Shown one piece after another: positions 18,651-28,643 of a DNA stretch of 64,000 nt; within the stretch, counting starts at the first letter, position 1, and each line of letters opens with the position of its first letter. Source of the stretch: Candidatus Magasanikiibacteriota bacterium (GTDB lineage: Bacteria; Patescibacteriota; Patescibacteriia; Magasanikbacterales; GWA2-37-8). The notes beneath the pieces are model-generated. The model was given only the letters and a program-made list of their open reading frames with translations, did no database searches and was not told the DNA's origin. The stretch lies in contig JAPLWQ010000003.1 in assembly GCA_026396515.1 (NCBI GenBank), positions 26,204-90,203 on the forward strand, written 5' to 3'. Made by a program: the position numbers and the translations under genes.

Positions 18651-21600
18651 ATGAAGCAAAAATTAAAGCTTCTGGTTTTGGCGTTTTCAGTTGTGGGTTT
18701 TATAGTGGCGGGCATTTTTTCTTCAATTGATAGAACTCGCGCGGCGGGTTATGGCCCGGGAAATTTGATCATAAATGAGTTCACTGCTTCCGGCACAACG
18801 TGGATTGAACTTATGAATACCACGGCCAGCGATATTGATTTGAGTGCTTCAACTTGGGAATTTGTCTTCTCACCGCATGGTGCCCCGGGTCCAAGTACCA
18901 CTACTTTATCCGGTCTAGTGCCGGCCAACGGTATGCTTACAATTTCAGCCTCATTACTTGGTGGTCCGGTCCTAACAGATTTATTAATATATTGGAATGG
19001 TTCAAACATTTATCATGTAAGCTACGGTCCGGGGGGCGATGTGGCGGCGCCTAGCGTCGGGGAATCAGCTATCTTGATAAGCACTTCAACATGGAGTACG
19101 ACTTCATCCATCAGCAAGGGCTGGTTCAATGAAACAACCAGTACTTTAAATTGTAGTACTCCGCCTGCACCAGGCCCGGGCGTTACTCCACCCTCTCTTG
19201 ATGCCATTGTTTCTTGTTTGCCGAGCGGCGTAACGACCAACATGAACAACACCGGTTCCATTTCCGATCCGACCCGAGCGAGTAATCTTTGGTTTGAAAA
19301 AACGGGAAGCGGAAAAATTAATTATAGTTCGGCCTTGAATTTAACTGACCAGAATACCCGGACTCTGCTTCAAAATCTCGGGACCAAAATGGAGCTTGAA
19401 GATGGCAGAGTTCGTCTTGACGCGAGTACAGCTTTGATAATGAAAAACGCCGGAGCGACGCTGTATTTTTATGGTTTGAACGATCTCGGCTATAACAATA
19501 TCGGCACCGGTTCCATCCTGGTTAAAGATGACGCGGGCGCGGTTATCCCGACTTCTTCAGTTGATTATCCTGATATGACAGGCGCTTCTTGGAGTAGTAC
19601 CAATTCCGGTACGCTGCAATTTGATGCTGAACATTTTTCCGAATATGATGTGAATCCGGTTATCACGGAAATTACGCCGGTCGCGAGCCCGTCATATACG
19701 GCCACACCAACCTATGTTTTTTCGGCCAATGTTACTGGCACGGTGATTTATGGCGGCGACTGCGTTATGGCCGCGGCTTCCACGACCAACGGTAACAATT
19801 CCGTGGTTTTTGGTCCGCTTTCCGATGGCACTCACAGTAATTGCACGGTGAAAGTAATTGACGGCGCCGGCGCATCCACCACCTTGGCGGTTACTTCATT
19901 TGCGACCATTACAAACCCTCCATCAACACCCGTCGGTCTTTCCGCGGCTCCTGTATCCGCGAGCGAGATTGATCTGACTTGGACTGCAACTACCGGCACA
20001 AATTATTATAATATTTATAGAGGTACGGTAAGCACCTCTCTCTCGGTTGTGGCTTCCACCACCAACAACTATAAGAATAACACCGGTTTGGCCAATAATA
20101 CTTTATTCTACTACAAGGTTTCCGCTGTTAATGGTATCGGCGAGGGAGCTTCGTCTTCGCTGGTTAGTACAACTACCTTGCCTTTGGCAGCCCCCAACGT
20201 CCCGATCGGACTTTCTGCAGTGGGAACTTCCACTAGTATGGTTCAAGTGAGTTGGACCGCCTCCACGGATACACCGGATTATTATAATGTTTATCACGGC
20301 ACTGATGGAGTTGCTTACAGTTTTGTGGCAAGTACCACCGATCCAATTTATTATCACGACAGTTTGGGCGTCAACACCATTCATTATTATAAAGTGTCGG
20401 CCGTCAATAATGCCGGCGAAACTACCTCCACGGCCGACAATGCTTATACCTTTGCCGCTGTTCCATCCGGCTTAACAACCACTGCCTCAACAACGGTTGC
20501 TACTACCTTGCAATGGAGCGCGAATGGCAATCCGGCAGGCACGGTTTATCAGATTTCCGGCACTGGTTTTGCCACAGCCACAACTACGGCCACGTCGACC
20601 GCGATTTCAAGTTTGAACCCCGATACCAGTTATACATTTGATCTGCTCGCAAAAAATGGCGACAATATACTAACTGCGGCAGTGAGCGCATCGGATTGGA
20701 CAAAAGCCGTAAACCCATCTTCGTTCGTTTCCACCGCTTCCTCCACAGTCTCCATTTCCCTGAGCTGGAGCGGAGGCTTGAATCCCGGTACAACCATATA
20801 TCAGCTGTTTGGCATTGGGTTCGCGACGACATCCGTAACAGCGACTTCTGATATTGTTTCCGGATTAAATCCGAACGCTCACTATACTTTTAATGTGCGG
20901 TCGCAAAATCATGATGGTACATATAATGCGCCGCAGAGTGTTTCAGATGACACCACGGTCGCTGTCCCGGGTACACCTACCGCAACCCCAACTTCTTCCA
21001 CGCAAATTATTTTATCTTGGGACCCGAGCAGTAACCCCGGCACCACCGTTTATCAGGTCTACAATGTTACGACCGCGGCTGTAAGCGGTACGACCACTGC
21101 GACGTCATTGACCGTGGGAGGTTTAACCACAAATACCGCGTATGAATTTAAGGTACGCGCTCAGAATTTGAACGATGGGAGTTGGTCCGCCTATTCGGGT
21201 ATCAGCACGGCTGCCACGACTTTTGCTCTGCCAACCGTGACTTCGGGAGATGTATCTTCTGTCGCCTCCACAACAGCAACTTTTAACGGAAACATTACAT
21301 TCATCGGCGGCACAAACGCAACCGAGCGCGGCTTTACATATGGCACGACCACCGGTTATGGGACGACCAGTACTGCGAGCGGCTCATTCGGCACCGGCGC
21401 GTTCACTGCTCCGATATCCGCTCTCTCGGCCGGGACGAATTATCACTATAAGGCCTATACGAAAAATAGTGTTGGCACAAGTTTCGGATCCGATATATTG
21501 TTTACGACCGTGTTCGCCCCCACTGCCGGCAATCCCACCACCACAATCGGCGTGAGTAATACCGCTACTAACACAATTATCGCAGGAACTGATGTGGTTA

Positions 21601-23162
21601 ATCCTGTTATTAATATGTCAAGCGTTACAACAGGAGGCGCGGGTACGGTGCCGGGAGAAATTGATGCCACTGTAGGTACTAGCATTGGTGATATAATAGT
21701 GACTATACCGGACGGCACCACAATATCCGGCGCGTCATGGAACGGGGTTATTCACTTGCCGACCATCAAATCTAACAGCAGCGTATCGGTAACCGCCGAT
21801 TCAGGATATACGGCAACAGTAGATAGTGTGATAGAGATCGGCTTTGACAACACTGCTTTGACATTTGATAGGGGCGTTAGGATATTAATTCCGGGCAAAG
21901 CAAGTAAATATGCCGGATACTACCGCAATTCAACCTTTACGAAGATTACCGCGACTTGTTCGGCCGACAATCAGGCGGCTGGTGATGCTTTACTGGCTGG
22001 CACTGATTGCAGAACCACTTCAGGTAGTGACCTGGTGATCTGGACGAAACACTTTACCAGCTTCCTAACTTATACCCAGCAAGTCCAGCAGAGCGGTGGT
22101 TCTTCCGGCGGTGGTATTAACAACAACAATCAAACGGCACCGACGAACGCGTCCGTCGTAATTAATAGCGGGTCGGCTTCCACAGCATCGGCCAATGTGA
22201 CGTTGGCGCTCTCAGCAAGCGATGCAACTCAAATGGCAATATCTAATACCTCGGACTTTAACGGAATAAGCTGGGAAGATTATGCGGCCAGCAAATCATG
22301 GGTTCTGCCAGCCGGCGCCGGGTTAAAGACAATATATGTAAAGTTCCGCAATGCCGATGGTAATATATCCAATATTGTGTCCGATTCAATAGACCTTACA
22401 GTATCGGCCGGTGGCGCCACCCCTGAAGAAGCGGCGACCGGTGAAATCGGTGTTGCAGAGAGTCCTGATTCCGCGGTGGCCATTAGTAATATCGTTGCGG
22501 CGGAATATCAGCCCGGAAACAGCGTCGGCTTCAGCTATGAATATAAAAATGAGACGGAAAAAACTTTATACGTAAAAATAATGCGTGAACTGGTGAACAG
22601 CAAAGGAAAGGTGATTAAGAAACTGACGGCCTACAGAACGATTAAAGCAGGTTCCGTATTTAAGGCGGATATTAAAGAACTGTTAAGCTCCAACTTGGCA
22701 TCTGGCTTGTACACAATGCGGGTCAAGATATATAACTCGCGCACCAACAAGTTGCTGGCACAGAACAGTTTCAAGATAATGGTTAAAAACAAAAATTTTG
22801 TTTTTTCCTCTCTGCCTGAAGCTAATGCTATTGCTTTTAATACCTCCACGTTTAATAAGATGAAAAAGGTGGTATTATTGCCCGCCACGGTTACCCTGCG
22901 TTATAGCTACACAAATTTAACCGAGACCAAGCAGACCATAAAAATGGTGCGGGAGTTGATTGACCCAAGCGGAAAAACGCTGGCAATGCGGACGGGCAAG
23001 TGGGTGATGGTGCCGGGAGAAAAAGACAGCGTTTCCCTGGTTCAGAGTTTAGCAAAGAAATTGTCCGTCGGAGATTACAAGCTCCGCGTAAGAGCGCTTG
23101 ACTATAAGACCGGAGAAATATTGGCCGAGAACGCCGTTGACTTCAAGATTGAGCTGAGATAA
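18651..23162 (+). CDS. Large Ser/Thr-rich secreted surface protein (lamin-tail-like N-terminus, multiple fibronectin type III repeats, duplicated basic C-terminal Ig-like domains)
   Basis: Signal/TM segment; LIINEF...WIELMN....IDLS (LTD-like); repeated W...Y.IY...GL..NT.Y.YKVSAVN FN3 pattern; ATG at 18651. Confidence 0.8.
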   Translation: MKQKLKLLVLAFSVVGFIVAGIFSSIDRTRAAGYGPGNLIINEFTASGTTWIELMNTTASDIDLSASTWEFVFSPHGAPGPSTTTLSGLVPANGMLTISASLLGGPVLTDLLIYWNGSNIYHVSYGPGGDVAAPSVGESAILISTSTWSTTSSISKGWFNETTSTLNCSTPPAPGPGVTPPSLDAIVSCLPSGVTTNMNNTGSISDPTRASNLWFEKTGSGKINYSSALNLTDQNTRTLLQNLGTKMELEDGRVRLDASTALIMKNAGATLYFYGLNDLGYNNIGTGSILVKDDAGAVIPTSSVDYPDMTGASWSSTNSGTLQFDAEHFSEYDVNPVITEITPVASPSYTATPTYVFSANVTGTVIYGGDCVMAAASTTNGNNSVVFGPLSDGTHSNCTVKVIDGAGASTTLAVTSFATITNPPSTPVGLSAAPVSASEIDLTWTATTGTNYYNIYRGTVSTSLSVVASTTNNYKNNTGLANNTLFYYKVSAVNGIGEGASSSLVSTTTLPLAAPNVPIGLSAVGTSTSMVQVSWTASTDTPDYYNVYHGTDGVAYSFVASTTDPIYYHDSLGVNTIHYYKVSAVNNAGETTSTADNAYTFAAVPSGLTTTASTTVATTLQWSANGNPAGTVYQISGTGFATATTTATSTAISSLNPDTSYTFDLLAKNGDNILTAAVSASDWTKAVNPSSFVSTASSTVSISLSWSGGLNPGTTIYQLFGIGFATTSVTATSDIVSGLNPNAHYTFNVRSQNHDGTYNAPQSVSDDTTVAVPGTPTATPTSSTQIILSWDPSSNPGTTVYQVYNVTTAAVSGTTTATSLTVGGLTTNTAYEFKVRAQNLNDGSWSAYSGISTAATTFALPTVTSGDVSSVASTTATFNGNITFIGGTNATERGFTYGTTTGYGTTSTASGSFGTGAFTAPISALSAGTNYHYKAYTKNSVGTSFGSDILFTTVFAPTAGNPTTTIGVSNTATNTIIAGTDVVNPVINMSSVTTGGAGTVPGEIDATVGTSIGDIIVTIPDGTTISGASWNGVIHLPTIKSNSSVSVTADSGYTATVDSVIEIGFDNTALTFDRGVRILIPGKASKYAGYYRNSTFTKITATCSADNQAAGDALLAGTDCRTTSGSDLVIWTKHFTSFLTYTQQVQQSGGSSGGGINNNNQTAPTNASVVINSGSASTASANVTLALSASDATQMAISNTSDFNGISWEDYAASKSWVLPAGAGLKTIYVKFRNADGNISNIVSDSIDLTVSAGGATPEEAATGEIGVAESPDSAVAISNIVAAEYQPGNSVGFSYEYKNETEKTLYVKIMRELVNSKGKVIKKLTAYRTIKAGSVFKADIKELLSSNLASGLYTMRVKIYNSRTNKLLAQNSFKIMVKNKNFVFSSLPEANAIAFNTSTFNKMKKVVLLPATVTLRYSYTNLTETKQTIKMVRELIDPSGKTLAMRTGKWVMVPGEKDSVSLVQSLAKKLSVGDYKLRVRALDYKTGEILAENAVDFKIELR

Positions 23163-23171
23163 TACCGTATA

Positions 23172-23211
23172 AAACAGAGCCCCGATGCAAATGTCGGGGT
23201 TCTTGTTTTTT
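23172..23211 (+). terminator. Intrinsic terminator
   Basis: GAGCCCCGAT...GTCGGGGTTC followed by TTGTTTTTT. Confidence 0.7.
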
Positions 23212-23240
23212 AAACGATAATCAGATAGAATTTTAACATT

Positions 23241-24437
23241 ATGATAAATCTCAAAATTAACAAAAATCGAGTTGGTCCCATTCTTGGTCGTCATCCTTGG
23301 GTGTTTCAGGGCGCGATAAAACAAACGCCGGAAGGACTGACGAGCGGTATGACCGTGGCGCTTTTTGATGAGACCGGCCGTTTTTTGGCGCAGGGGTATT
23401 TCAATTCATATTCGCAGATGGCCGTGCGTCTTTGGAGCTGGGATGAAGAAGAGAAAATTGATTTGGATTTTTTTATCCGTCGAGTGCGTTCGGCTTATGA
23501 ACTGCGAAAAAAATATGTTGAATCTAAGCAGACTGATTCGTATCGCCTTATAAACAGTGAAAATGATTTGTTGCCCGGGCTAATTGTCGATAAATATGGT
23601 GATTATTTGTGTGCTCAGTTTCATAATCGAGGAATTGAGTTTTGGAAACTGATGGTTATTGATGCCTTGGAAAAAGTGCTGGAGCCAAAAGGAATTTACG
23701 AGCGGTCTGATGTCGGCGGGCGAAAAGACGAGGAAGCGGGCGCAAAGACAGGTGTTATTTCCGGCGATGTCCCGGATAGGATTAAAATCACGGAAAACGG
23801 TTTTAAATTTTGGGTGGATGTTGCGCGCGGGCAAAAAACCGGTTTCTTTTTGGATCAACGCGACAAACGCGCAGCGCTTCAAAAATATGTTGATGGTAAA
23901 AATGTTTTGAATTGTTTCAGCTACACCGGCGGGTTCAGCGTTTACGCGCTCTCTGCCGGGGCGAAAAAAGTGGTGAGTGTGGACTCTGCAGAAGAAGCCT
24001 TGGAACTGGCAGAGGAAAATATTAAGCTTAATGGTTTGAATCCAAAAAAATGCGAATTTATCTGTGCGGATGTAAAAGATTATTTGAGCGGATTAGGACA
24101 AAAAGATCCCGATATCCGCGAAGATTTTGAGGTAATAATTTTGGATCCGCCGGCTTTTGTTAAAGACCGCCGGAAGATAGCCGAAGGTTTGCAGGGCTAT
24201 CGCAAAATAAATGAAATGGCTTTTCGCCTTTTGTCGTCTGAGGGCATCCTCGTCACAGCTTCCTGTTCAATGCACGTATCGCTTCAGGATTTCCGCTATG
24301 CGGTTTCTGAAGCCGCCGCCCGGGCGCGTAAAAATGTGCAGATTTTAGAGACATTCACCCATGGTATTGATCATCCAGAACTTGTCTCGTTTGGAGAGGG
24401 AGAATACCTCAAATGCCTATTTGCGCGGGTTATTTAA
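23241..24437 (+). CDS. rlmI: RlmI/RlmK-family SAM-dependent rRNA methyltransferase
   Basis: RHPWVF, GQKTGFFLDQR, VLNCFSYTGGF, ILDPPAF, SCS, YLKC. Confidence 0.88.
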   Translation: MINLKINKNRVGPILGRHPWVFQGAIKQTPEGLTSGMTVALFDETGRFLAQGYFNSYSQMAVRLWSWDEEEKIDLDFFIRRVRSAYELRKKYVESKQTDSYRLINSENDLLPGLIVDKYGDYLCAQFHNRGIEFWKLMVIDALEKVLEPKGIYERSDVGGRKDEEAGAKTGVISGDVPDRIKITENGFKFWVDVARGQKTGFFLDQRDKRAALQKYVDGKNVLNCFSYTGGFSVYALSAGAKKVVSVDSAEEALELAEENIKLNGLNPKKCEFICADVKDYLSGLGQKDPDIREDFEVIILDPPAFVKDRRKIAEGLQGYRKINEMAFRLLSSEGILVTASCSMHVSLQDFRYAVSEAAARARKNVQILETFTHGIDHPELVSFGEGEYLKCLFARVI

Positions 24438-24509
24438 AAAAGGTATAATAATCGCGTGGCATGTTGTTTTAAAACATGTAAATTTTTATTAATAATTAAT
24501 ATTTGAAAT

Positions 24510-25508
24510 ATGAATTTAGCAATAAATGGGTTCGGACGCATCGGCAGACAGGCCTTTAAAATTGCCTGCGAACACAAGGGGATTGATGTTGTTGCCATTA
24601 ATGACTTAACCGACCCGAAGACGCTGGCGCATTTATTGAAACATGACACTTCTTACCGTACATGGGACCATGATGTTTCGTTTGATGAGAAAAATATTAT
24701 TGTAGACGGCAAAAAAGTTCCGGTTTCGGCGGAAAAAGATCCGGCCGCGTTGCCGTGGAAAAAATTGTCGGTTGATGTGGTTTTGGAATGCACCGGCCGG
24801 TTTACAAAAAAAGAAGACGCTGAACTTCATATTAAAGCCGGTGCGCGCAAAGTCGTGCTTTCGGCTCCGGGCAAGGGCGGCGATATTCCAACCTATGTAC
24901 GCGGTGTGAACTGTGCTAAGGTCGGCAAGGAAACTGCCGAGATTATCAACAACGCTTCCTGTACCACCAACTGCATTGCGCCGGTGATGGCCGTGCTTGA
25001 AGAAACGTTTGGTATCAAAAAAGCAATGATGACCACCGTACACGGTTATACTGCTGACCAGAATCTGCAGGACGGCCCGCATAAGGATTTGCGCCGGGCA
25101 CGCGCGGCTGCGGAAAATATCGTGCCAACTACCACGGGCGCGGCTAAAGCCGTGGGTGAGGTGATTCCGGCTGTAAAAGGAATTTTTGATGGCTTGGCTA
25201 TCCGCGTACCGGTCCTAACTTGTTCGCTCGCAGATATTACAGCTGTGCTCAATAAGAAAGTAACAAAAGAAGAAGTGAATCAGGCGTTGATTGATGCGTC
25301 CAAAACCGCGCGATTTGAAAATGTTTTGCTTACCACCGAAGAAGAACTTGTTTCCTCTGATTTTGTCGCCAATCCATATTCTTCCATCGTTGATTTGAAA
25401 CTGACCAACGTGGTCGGTGATGATTTGGTTAAAGTGATCGCCTGGTACGACAATGAAATGGGTTACTCATACCGCTTGGTGGAAATTGCCGAGATGTTTG
25501 GAAAATAA
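24510..25508 (+). CDS. gap: Glyceraldehyde-3-phosphate dehydrogenase (type I)
   Basis: INGFGRIGR, ASCTTNC, WYDNE. Confidence 0.98.
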   Translation: MNLAINGFGRIGRQAFKIACEHKGIDVVAINDLTDPKTLAHLLKHDTSYRTWDHDVSFDEKNIIVDGKKVPVSAEKDPAALPWKKLSVDVVLECTGRFTKKEDAELHIKAGARKVVLSAPGKGGDIPTYVRGVNCAKVGKETAEIINNASCTTNCIAPVMAVLEETFGIKKAMMTTVHGYTADQNLQDGPHKDLRRARAAAENIVPTTTGAAKAVGEVIPAVKGIFDGLAIRVPVLTCSLADITAVLNKKVTKEEVNQALIDASKTARFENVLLTTEEELVSSDFVANPYSSIVDLKLTNVVGDDLVKVIAWYDNEMGYSYRLVEIAEMFGK

Positions 25509-25518
25509 TATTGTTATT

Positions 25519-25806
25519 ATGTCAAATATTATTGAAAAGGAAGTCATCTCTCTGTTGAAGTATTTGAAACAGGAAAAATTGCCGGTTGAAATAGAGCTAC
25601 TCGCTTTGCACGAGGCGACGAGTGCATTGTGGGCAGCGCACCGCGAGAAGAGGGGAGCCGCGCAAATCAAAAATCGGTTGGCGAATTGTTATGTTATGCT
25701 TTTTAATATTGCGAATAAAATGAAAATCCGTGATGTCGATTCGCTTATTTTGCAGCGAATTGAACAAATCAGAAATAATCCGAAAAATAAAAAAAGACGG
25801 AAATAA
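25519..25806 (+). CDS. Small all-helical hypothetical protein, possibly a degenerate MazG-like fold
   Basis: Fits between gap and aspS; LLALHEATSAL...IKNRLANCYVMLFNIANKMKI has MazG-like spacing without the acidic residues. Confidence 0.6.
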   Translation: MSNIIEKEVISLLKYLKQEKLPVEIELLALHEATSALWAAHREKRGAAQIKNRLANCYVMLFNIANKMKIRDVDSLILQRIEQIRNNPKNKKRRK

Positions 25807-25818
25807 ACCAATCAACTA

Positions 25819-27225
25819 ATGAATAAGTTTATGAATCGTATTTACACCGTTGACACCGTCGGAAAGGTGGGGGAGGAAGTGCTGCTCAAGGGCTGGGTGA
25901 ATGCCCGGCGCGATATGGGTAAGATTGCGTTTTTTGATTTGCGCGACCGTGAAGGAATCATCCAAGTGGTCGGCGTACCGGCGGAATTAGATGAAAAATC
26001 TTTGGCCGCCATGCGCGATGCCCGTTTGGAATATTTACTTGAGATCCGTGGCGTCGTTCAAGCGCGCGGTGCCAAACAAGTTAATCCGGTTATGCCTACC
26101 GGCACGGTTGAACTTTTGGCCAAAGAAATTTCCATTATCACCGCGTCCGAACCGATGCCTTTTGCGGTGGATAGTGATACCAAGGTAATTAGTGAAGAAT
26201 TGCGCCTGAAATACCGTTATTTGGATCTGCGTTCCGAGCGGATGTTGAAAAACTTGGTTTTGCGCGATAAGGTTATTTCCTTCATGCGTGACTTCCTACA
26301 TCAGGATGGATTTATTGAAGTGGAAACGCCTTACATTACCAAAGGCACACCCGAGGGCGCGCGTGAATTTTTAATTCCGTCGCGCATTTATCCGGGTCAG
26401 TTTTACGCTTTGCCGCAATCACCGCAACAGTTTAAACAACTGCTGATGGTCGGCGGAATTGAAAAATATTTTCAAATTGCCAGATGTTTCCGCGACGAAG
26501 ACCAGCGTGGCGACCGTCAGCCGGAATTTACACAGCTGGATTTGGAAATGTCATTTGTGGAGCGTGAAGATATTTTGGCTTTGACGGAAAAAATGATGAT
26601 TGACATGGTGAAAAAAGTAACGCCGGGAAAAAGAATCCAGACCGTGCCGTTTCCGCGTTTGAGTTACAAAGAAGTGATGGATAAATACGGCACTGACAAG
26701 CCGGATTTACGCGAAGATAAAGACGATCCCAACCTCCTCGCCTTCGCCTGGATAATTGATTTTCCGTTTTTTGAGAAAACCGATGAGGGCGGCTGGACTT
26801 TCAGCCACAATCCATTCTCACGGCCAAATCCGGAACACATGGAATGGTTGATGAAGAAAAAGAACATCGGCGAGATTCTTACCACGCAATATGACATTGT
26901 ACTTAACGGTTACGAAGCCGGCGGCGGCAGTATCCGCAATCATGAGCCGGAAGCGTTGCATAAAGTATTTGAGGTAATGGGTTTTGACGAGGAGGGGATT
27001 CAGAAGCAATTCGGCCATATGCTTGAGGCCTTCAAATTCGGCGCACCACCGCACGGCGGCATTGCCCCGGGTATTGATCGTATAATAATGATTTTGGCGA
27101 ATGAACCGAACATCCGCGAAGTGATTGCTTTTCCGAAAACCGGTGACGCGCGTGATTTGATGATGGGCGCGCCGAGTGAAATACCGCAGAAAGCGATTGA
27201 TGAAGTTCATATAAAATTGAAATAG
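25819..27225 (+). CDS. aspS: Aspartyl-tRNA synthetase, short form lacking the GAD insertion
   Basis: RLKYRYLDLR, ALPQSPQQFKQ, FRDED.RGDRQPEFTQLD, YGTDKPDLR directly followed by FAWIIDFP, GAPPHGG. Confidence 0.96.
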   Translation: MNKFMNRIYTVDTVGKVGEEVLLKGWVNARRDMGKIAFFDLRDREGIIQVVGVPAELDEKSLAAMRDARLEYLLEIRGVVQARGAKQVNPVMPTGTVELLAKEISIITASEPMPFAVDSDTKVISEELRLKYRYLDLRSERMLKNLVLRDKVISFMRDFLHQDGFIEVETPYITKGTPEGAREFLIPSRIYPGQFYALPQSPQQFKQLLMVGGIEKYFQIARCFRDEDQRGDRQPEFTQLDLEMSFVEREDILALTEKMMIDMVKKVTPGKRIQTVPFPRLSYKEVMDKYGTDKPDLREDKDDPNLLAFAWIIDFPFFEKTDEGGWTFSHNPFSRPNPEHMEWLMKKKNIGEILTTQYDIVLNGYEAGGGSIRNHEPEALHKVFEVMGFDEEGIQKQFGHMLEAFKFGAPPHGGIAPGIDRIIMILANEPNIREVIAFPKTGDARDLMMGAPSEIPQKAIDEVHIKLK

Positions 27226-27230
27226 TGCGT

Positions 27231-27371
27231 ATTGGAGACCGAATATTATCGGCGCCGTTCACTCGCCCAGCGAGCTCATTCACTACGCAGTTCGCGGCCT
27301 CTTTTTCGCTCTGCGAAAAAACCATGCCCGGCCGCTTCACTGATGTGCGCCGACAATAATCGGTCGCCAAT
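27231..27371. other. 141-nt structured intergenic element (ncRNA or MITE-like)
   Basis: 25-nt terminal inverted repeat (22/25 matches) with nested stems CAGT/ACTG, GCGGCC/GGCCGC, TTTTTCGC/GCGAAAAA and a CTCGC/GCGAG side hairpin. Confidence 0.65.
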
Positions 27372-27387
27372 TCAACCGTGTGTTACA

Positions 27388-28077
27388 ATGAAAGAGATTA
27401 AACTCGAACAATTTAGCGGACCGCTTGATCTTCTGATTGCGCTTATTGATCAGGAGAAGTTGAATATCAACGACATCGCTCTTTCCAAAGTTACCGGGCA
27501 ATATTTTGATTATCTAAATAAGCTGGAAGAAAGGCGGCCGGAGGAGTTGGCGGATTTTTTGGTCATTGCCACGAAACTCGTGTACATGAAGTCAAAAAAT
27601 CTTCTGCCGCAAATATCGCCTGATGAAGATTATGGACCGTCTTTAGCCGAACAGCTCAAAATGTATAAGCGCTACATTGAAGCCAGCCGCGATGTGAACC
27701 GGATGTGGAACAAGAGTATTCTTGGTTATGGCCGAGTGGAGCCGCCGGTTAAACCTGAAGGTTTTGTTTTACCGTTGAATGCGAAAAACAGCGATCTCAA
27801 AGATTCTTTCATCAGTTTGCTTAAGCGCCTCAAGCCGATTAATCCGCTGCCAAAGGTGAGTATTGACCGGGCGATCAGCGTGAAACAAAAAATTGATTTA
27901 ATTTATAATTTACTGAAGCGGTACAAGAAAATCAGTTTTGCCACGATTTTAGCGGAGGCCGAAAATAAGACAGAAGTCATTGTTTCATTTTTGGCCATTC
28001 TTGAACTTATCAAATTCGGCAACGCCGCTGTTCGCCAAACAAAAACATTTGCCGATTTGGAAATCTCAAAAATTTAA
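27388..28077 (+). CDS. scpA: Segregation and condensation protein A
   Basis: FSGPLDLLI.LI, ADFLVIATKLVYMKSKNLLP, IVSFLAILEL; ATG at 27388. Confidence 0.93.
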   Translation: MKEIKLEQFSGPLDLLIALIDQEKLNINDIALSKVTGQYFDYLNKLEERRPEELADFLVIATKLVYMKSKNLLPQISPDEDYGPSLAEQLKMYKRYIEASRDVNRMWNKSILGYGRVEPPVKPEGFVLPLNAKNSDLKDSFISLLKRLKPINPLPKVSIDRAISVKQKIDLIYNLLKRYKKISFATILAEAENKTEVIVSFLAILELIKFGNAAVRQTKTFADLEISKI

Positions 28078-28079
28078 TT

Positions 28080-28640
28080 ATGTCATTAATTTCACAGATA
28101 GAGACAATATTATTCGTCGCCTCAAAACCGTTGTCACTGAAAAAAATTGCTAAATCACTTGATGTCGCCGAGGCCGCGGTAGGGGAGGCGCTTTTGTCTA
28201 TCGCCGGCAAATACAATACCGGCGATTCCGGCGTGATGCTTCTGCAGAATAACGATGAATGGCAGATGATTTCCAACCCTGACAACCGCACGGCGGCGGA
28301 AAAATTTTTAAAAGCGGAAGTTAGCGGCGAGCTTACACGTCCGCAGCTTGAGACCCTTACAGTTATTTCATATTGCGGGCCGATCACCAAGCCTGAACTG
28401 GAACAAATTCGGGGCGTAAATTGCGCTTTGATTATAAGAAATCTTTTAATGAGGGGTTTGGTAAAAGAAAATGAAGATGCGGCAAACCTTTTACCGACCT
28501 TCGAGGTGACCATGGATTATTTGCGCCATCTTGGTTTGAGCACATTGGCTGAACTGCCGGATTATGAAACCTTGCATAATCATGAATATGTGATGAAAAT
28601 TTTGGGTACAAATCCGGAAGAACTGCCGCAGACGCAATAA
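28080..28640 (+). CDS. scpB: Segregation and condensation protein B
   Basis: IETILFVAS.P, LETLTVISY..PITK.ELEQIRGVN, L.ELP. Confidence 0.94.
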   Translation: MSLISQIETILFVASKPLSLKKIAKSLDVAEAAVGEALLSIAGKYNTGDSGVMLLQNNDEWQMISNPDNRTAAEKFLKAEVSGELTRPQLETLTVISYCGPITKPELEQIRGVNCALIIRNLLMRGLVKENEDAANLLPTFEVTMDYLRHLGLSTLAELPDYETLHNHEYVMKILGTNPEELPQTQ

Positions 28641-28643
28641 ACT

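Noticed and set aside
22118-22135. AAC-rich tract as a possible DGR template repeat
   Set aside because: Only a short poly-Asn linker within the surface protein, with no similarity to 41161-41290.
27232-27387. N-terminal extension of ScpA in the ORF track
   Set aside because: It is read-through of the structured element; ScpA homology starts at the ATG at 27388.
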